A stretch of 64,000 nt of DNA, from assembly GCF_009914755.1 (NCBI RefSeq), contig NC_060941.1. One strand, given 5' to 3'. Position numbers and translations under genes: made by a program. Within the stretch, counting starts at the first letter, position 1. Every line of letters begins with the position of its first letter. Shown piece by piece: positions 58,622-64,000 of this stretch. The notes beneath the pieces are model-generated. The model did no database searches and had not been told where the DNA came from. It saw only the letters and a program-made list of their open reading frames with translations. Origin of the DNA: the human T2T-CHM13v2.0 reference genome, Homo sapiens.

Positions 58622-58898
58622 TTTCAGACATCCACATTCCACCCTGGGCCTTGCCCGTCTGGTGAGCCCAATCTCTGCTGGTCAGTCACGCAGTTGAGGT
58701 CAGGGAAGGTATGTTGGGATGGGCTGACATGAGGGGTAATGAGGGTCAAGATGAAAGTTAAGGCTAGGGACATTCTTTTGTGTGTGCATAGTTTAAAAGA
58801 CAAATCAGTCATTTTGCATGTTGATATCTATAAATGACCACATCAACATATCTGCTTTAAAGTGGCCGTGTCCCAGTGGCTTCTTCTACCACTGTCAC
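58622..58898 (+). repeat. Module B, copy 2
   Basis: Shares tttcagacatccacattccaccctgg...gggaaggtatgttgggatgggctg with 57029-57331. Confidence 0.95.
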
Positions 58899-59569
58899 TT
58901 TTGAAGGAGGGTCCTGTTCCACTCCTTCATCACTATAGTGACCTCTATTAAACAAAAGAGGTACCAGGAATCAAACATTACATTTCAGATGTGAAATATC
59001 TCCCAATAAACCAGCATTCACTACTTCCACTGGGAATTCTCTGTGGCTAGAAAACTATTTTTGTTGAATCTTTGCCTTGATTTTCTGGGAAAGATATATT
59101 TTTAACCCCATTCACCTTCCTCCCTCCCTTTCTCCTTGCCCGTTTTTGCTAGCCCTCTGAGCTTGACATTGATAACTGTTTAGTATAATCAGTTGCCTAA
59201 ATTTCCCTGCTTGTGAGTTTCTCCAATCCCTAGAGCTGAGGGCATTTGATTCCACACGCACGTCCTTCTGCTCTGGGCCGTGGGATGGGTCATTCCTAGA
59301 ACTCCTAAGTGAGTGGCTCTAAAACTCATCTCAGGTGACTTAGCGAGCATTTCTTGCAGTGAGTTCTGCTCTGAACCTGTGCTCCAGTCCTAGTGACTGA
59401 GTGTTGTCTTTTCCTGAGTTCAGGTCCAAATAGCCACCATCACTCTGATTCCATGTCCAACAGTTCCTTTTATTATTAAGGCTTAAAACTTTAGTAATAA
59501 AATGAGATAAATTTCTCATGGCTTTTTTTCCCCAACATGTATTATCCTGTGACCCTGAATAAATATCCC

Positions 59570-59720
59570 AAACTAGTTAAGATTCAATTCTTTATCTTTA
59601 AAAAGGGGATAATATTGATCCCTTGTTCTCAGGGTAACTGGGAGAATTAAACATATTTCATGGGCATAAAATGCCTGGCATGTAAGAAGTGTTTCTCTCT
59701 GGCTGATAATTGTTATCTGA
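59570..59720 (+). mobile_element. MIR
   Basis: ctttaaaaaggggataata...gagaattaaa...aatgcctggcatgtaag. Confidence 0.6.
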
Positions 59721-61557
59721 TTATCCTCTCTCAGTTTGGAGGTCCTAAACCCCAGCTCCATATCTGGATCTGTTACTTTTTTTTGCCATACCTATTTGAT
59801 GCAGACTTCTTAGCTACATAAATATCTACATACTGCCTATTATCCCTTTTCCTAACTTCCCCAACACTGGGTTTTCCCCTCTTTCTCTTCCCCCTGTTCT
59901 CTCACTGGGGGCCTGTTAAGCTGATTAAATAAGCCCTGCCCCTCTTTACTCCCTGTTCCAGCAGCTCAACTGAATTTCCGTCCTTTCACAGTCATAGCTG
60001 GATGCGTCCCAAGAACAGAAAATGCCACACTCCAGTGGGCAATCCTAAACTCTTGGCTTTCGACCTTAGAAGTCTGGCCACTACATTGCCTTTGAATCCA
60101 CATGTGTCAGATCTAATAATACTTAGTTGAAGATTTACTATCTTCTCCCTAAATAACTGCTCCCTGCCACTGGGATGATCCTCTCAGCTCCCAGCCCCAC
60201 AATCTGCTAGCATGGAGCTGTGAAAGCTGTATTCCATCAGCAAGGATCTCCCAAGGCTAAAAGACCCAGAAACCTGGCCATCTGCACCTACAATGTCAGG
60301 AGATATACCCTCTTCAAAGGGGAAGGCACTGCTTCTACTTAAACAGTTCTCCATTGTGATGACAATACATACTTTAATCCTGTAAAGTTTCTCCAGACAC
60401 GAAGATGGAAATGTGCTTTTCTGCTTCCCAGTCTCAGGCATTCTTTTATCTCTAATTTGACATGACAAACAGACTCTCCATCGTCACCTGTTATGGTGTG
60501 AATGTCTCTTCATTTCATTAATGCAGGGCTGCCACTGACATAAAGGGTTTTTTTGTTTTGGGTCACTCTTCTGTACCCCTATCCTTCCCATATCTAATAA
60601 TCACCATTATTATATTAAAAGGCAAATGTTCTGATCACAGCTTGATAGTGTCCTTGAAGTGAACAGGACGATTTTCTGTCTACCCAGTGAAAACAGCCTT
60701 TGGTCCTTCACAGTGATTTCACAGACAACCTAGAGCCTACGAGGAGACTGGAATGTTGATCTCTCTCAGGTCAGGAACCAGACTTACACACCTACACACT
60801 TCGTGCGCGCACACACACACACACACACAAACTCATTTCCGGCATCCAGTCTTTATGATGAGAGCTAGTTCTTCAGTAAGAGTCCAGCTTCTGGCTGCAG
60901 AAGGAATTAATGCCAAGATAATCCTGTGTACTTTGGATCCACGCAGTAGGAAGCTTCATGCTTGCTGCTTTCCTCAGGATGCCCTGTGACATCACCCACA
61001 CTGGATTGTTTTTCCTTTTGTGTTAAAACACTTTGGCTTCATTCCAAAGGGTGTCTGAAGACAACAAGCCTTCCCTCCAGTCTACCCACTGGCCACGTAA
61101 TCCCACAACTGGAAACATTCTTCTGCATGAAAAGGCATCACTCAATTAGCTCTCACTCAGAGCACCCCTCCCATGTCTCAGCTTCCTTTGACCTCTTTCC
61201 TTGCCGATGTTTTAGATTCTTAATGGTTTGGTCTGGTGGAGGTCTGCTACAGTCACTTGATACTTGTACTTGTGTCCCCCAGTGTGTATATCAAGGGCTG
61301 ATATTATAAGGAGAGTGAGTAGATGCATCTCAGGAAAAATTAAAAATCACTTCAGATGCTGAAATAGTTCACTACAACCCTGGTGTCTGGAGTTGCAGGG
61401 AATAGGATATAATCTCCTCAATTCTAGAAAACATGGTTCAAGCTGTATACAAAAGATATACACATCTGAGGGTATGAGTGTGACATTAACCATTATGCAC
61501 CACTCACACCAGTTACAGAGATCTGGGTTGCAATGCTAGTTTTTTTGCTTAGCTTGT

Positions 61558-61607
61558 TAATTTGCAAAACACAAAAGATATAATTTGCAAAACACAAAAG
61601 ATATAAT
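61558..61607. repeat. 23-bp tandem duplication
   Basis: taatttgcaaaacacaaaagata x2, exact. Confidence 0.92.
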
Positions 61608-61938
61608 ACAACCTGCTTTTCAAGATGGCTATTAGGATTATGGGAGAGTGACACAGCACTGAGCCCCAAAAAGAGGAGATGGAGCTGGGCTAAGGGGAAC
61701 GTGTCACTAAAAGCAGAAGTGGGGAGCACACAGAAAAACCTTGATTAGCATCATAGATTGTCTGCGGGCTGGACCTTCAAAGTTGTACCACGCTGAATAC
61801 TTGGTTGCACTATTAGACTTCCTGGCCATTACTGCTTGGATAGCTGAGATTTTGATTAGTGCTGTTCTATTAAACTGGTAGTAAAATATCTTTGGGGAAA
61901 GGAATGGGGTACATATGCTCGCAGACAGGCAAGGTCAC

Positions 61939-62295
61939 TGATATGGTTTGGCTGTGTCCCCACCCAAATCTCATCTTCAGTTGTAGCTCCCATAATTCCC
62001 ATGTGTGTGGGAGGGACCAGATGGGAGATAATTGAATCATGGGGTAGTTTCCCCCATACTGTTCCCATGGTAGTAAGTCTCACGAGAGCTGATGGTTTTA
62101 TAAGGGGAAACCCCTTTTGCTTGGCTCTCATTCTCTCTTGCTGCTGCCAAGTAAGAAGTGCCTTTAGCCTTCCACCATGATTATGAGACCTCCCCAGCCA
62201 CGTGGAACTGTGAGCCCATTAAACCTCTTTTTCTGTATATAAATTACCCAGTCTCAGGTATGTCTTTATCAGCAGTGTGAAAACTAACTAATACG
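61939..62295 (+). mobile_element. THE1 (THE1B/C-like) MaLR solo LTR
   Basis: tgatatggtttggctgtgtccccacccaaatctcatctt start; 5-bp TSD GTCAC (61934-61938 and 62296-62300). Confidence 0.93.
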
Positions 62296-64000
62296 GTCAC
62301 CAATCTCAATGTGTTGCTTTCATACAAAGAACATTCTTTGATTCAAATGAGAAGAATATACATCAGAGTGGTCCTGCTCAGGAGAGGAAGTGGAGACCCC
62401 CTTTGCTTGATGGCACAGCATAGATGATGTGTTGCCACACTCAGGTGCCCCTGGGACCAAGAACCCGAGAACCAAGTATGAGTCCTGGAGGGCTAGGGGT
62501 TGATGGGCAGGGCCTTGCACTCCTTTTGGTTTTCACAAGGTTTTAGCGACATTTGGCCAAATATGAATAACAGGACAAATATTCCTTCAGCCTATTATGT
62601 CTTCTCTCGTAAATGTTTCTGGATAAGGGAGCTGGCATGGGCATATTCACAAGTTGTTGACAATCTGTCTTTGAGGACTGGTTTCTAATTTTTTTTTTTT
62701 TTAATGAGGGCATCCAGTCTATGTTTCTAGGGGAAAATTACATGAGATTTGGGAGTTCAAATGCCAATGATGTTTATAATTCTCAGCTAAAATGCCAGTA
62801 TTTCTTTCCCTTGTCTTGAACTCTATGAATGAAAAAAAAAAATAGTGTTGGTTTATAGTATAATCCTTCCAGTTATGTTTTAAAGTTCTGCAGTACTCCC
62901 AAACCCATCAGTTGAATGATCTTTTCATAAATATTATCTATCATTTATGTGTACAAAATGGCATTTTGATTAAGTTAAAGCAAAAGGTAATTTTATTACC
63001 AGAGAAAATATTCATCTCATCCCTGTCCCCTTCTCTAATCAACCTCAAATAAAACAAGACCATGTGGTCTACAGTTAAAATTGTTATAAATAATATTTAA
63101 TTAAATCAGTATCTAAAATTATTGATTTTTAAATACATATTGGAAATCTTTCTCCATGTAGCCATACCATACACATTCTTGGCTAAGAAATAATTTTGTT
63201 CTGGATGCAGGAAACCTACTTGTTCAATGCAAGCACCACTCAAATTTTCATAGGCAGATTATCTGCCGGATGAATTAGCCCAAGGAATTAAAATTAAAAT
63301 TCCTAAACTTCCTTCTGCTCAACAACCCAGAATGTTTTCCTTGGTTACATCTTTCTCATCTGATAGCTTGATTTCAAGGGAACAAAAAATCAGTTTTAAT
63401 GGGGCATTCTTTTCAAAGCAAATAATTTATTCCAAGTCAAATGCAAATTGATTTCTCACTATTTTCCTTTTATGGCTTATCTATGGCACCAACTTCCTTC
63501 ATTCGCCTAGAAAATCAAGAAGTAACCACCCAAGCCAAATACCAGGGAAGCATCTTTGTTCCTTAAATGCTGGGAAAAGTCTTAACCCTAGTCACCTTTC
63601 TTTTGGATCTAGCAGCGTCTTTCTCACTTTGATATTATTCCACCATAGAAGTCTATATTCTCAAAGAGCTGTACTGACAGCAGGGCTGTGGTTTACTTGG
63701 CAAGACTGAACTTCTCAAGGGCAGTGATACTGCTCATAATTCTTAATCATAGTCTTCACAATACTTCAGATATAGTTGAATGTTGATTGAATTTAAAAAT
63801 ACACAAAGATGTGTCCATAGTTTTTTCCAGTCCCTTACTGTCATTGGTGTATTTGGCTGAATGGTACAGAAACTCTTCCCGTGAAGGTTTAAACACCTTA
63901 CCATCATGGTTTCAGGGAAAAGTGCTCCCATCTTCCCCAAACTCAGTTCTTAGTTGCCCATCAACATGAATATTCCAGACTGAGAAATACTGGGAAAGTA

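Overview
AT-rich, CpG-depleted primate (human-like) non-coding DNA, intronic or intergenic. I could not identify the locus. No protein-coding gene is supported: the ORF track consists of Alu, L1, microsatellite and chance ORFs. The window holds about 19 Alu copies or fragments, an L1MC remnant, solo LTRs (LTR8, MLT2, MLT1, MER54-like, THE1, LTR41-like), DNA transposon fossils (MER2, Tigger3a, MER1B, MER58B, MER20, MER63A), MIR/L2 relics and many STRs. Repeat family names are from recall of consensus sequences, not a database search. I see no evidence for a new gene system. The most unusual signals are local templated rearrangements. (1) An inverted duplication of unique DNA between oppositely oriented Alus makes a ~1.2 kb near-palindrome (37004-38370). 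(2) An AluY has a chimeric AluJ 5' end and a ~140 bp 'giant TSD' (16653-17188). (3) An interleaved A-X-B-Y-A'-Z-B' duplication has exon-like splice signals and copy-specific hairpins in module B (56341-58898). (4) A 20-bp x8 minisatellite has a telomere-like CTAACCC core (40957-41116).
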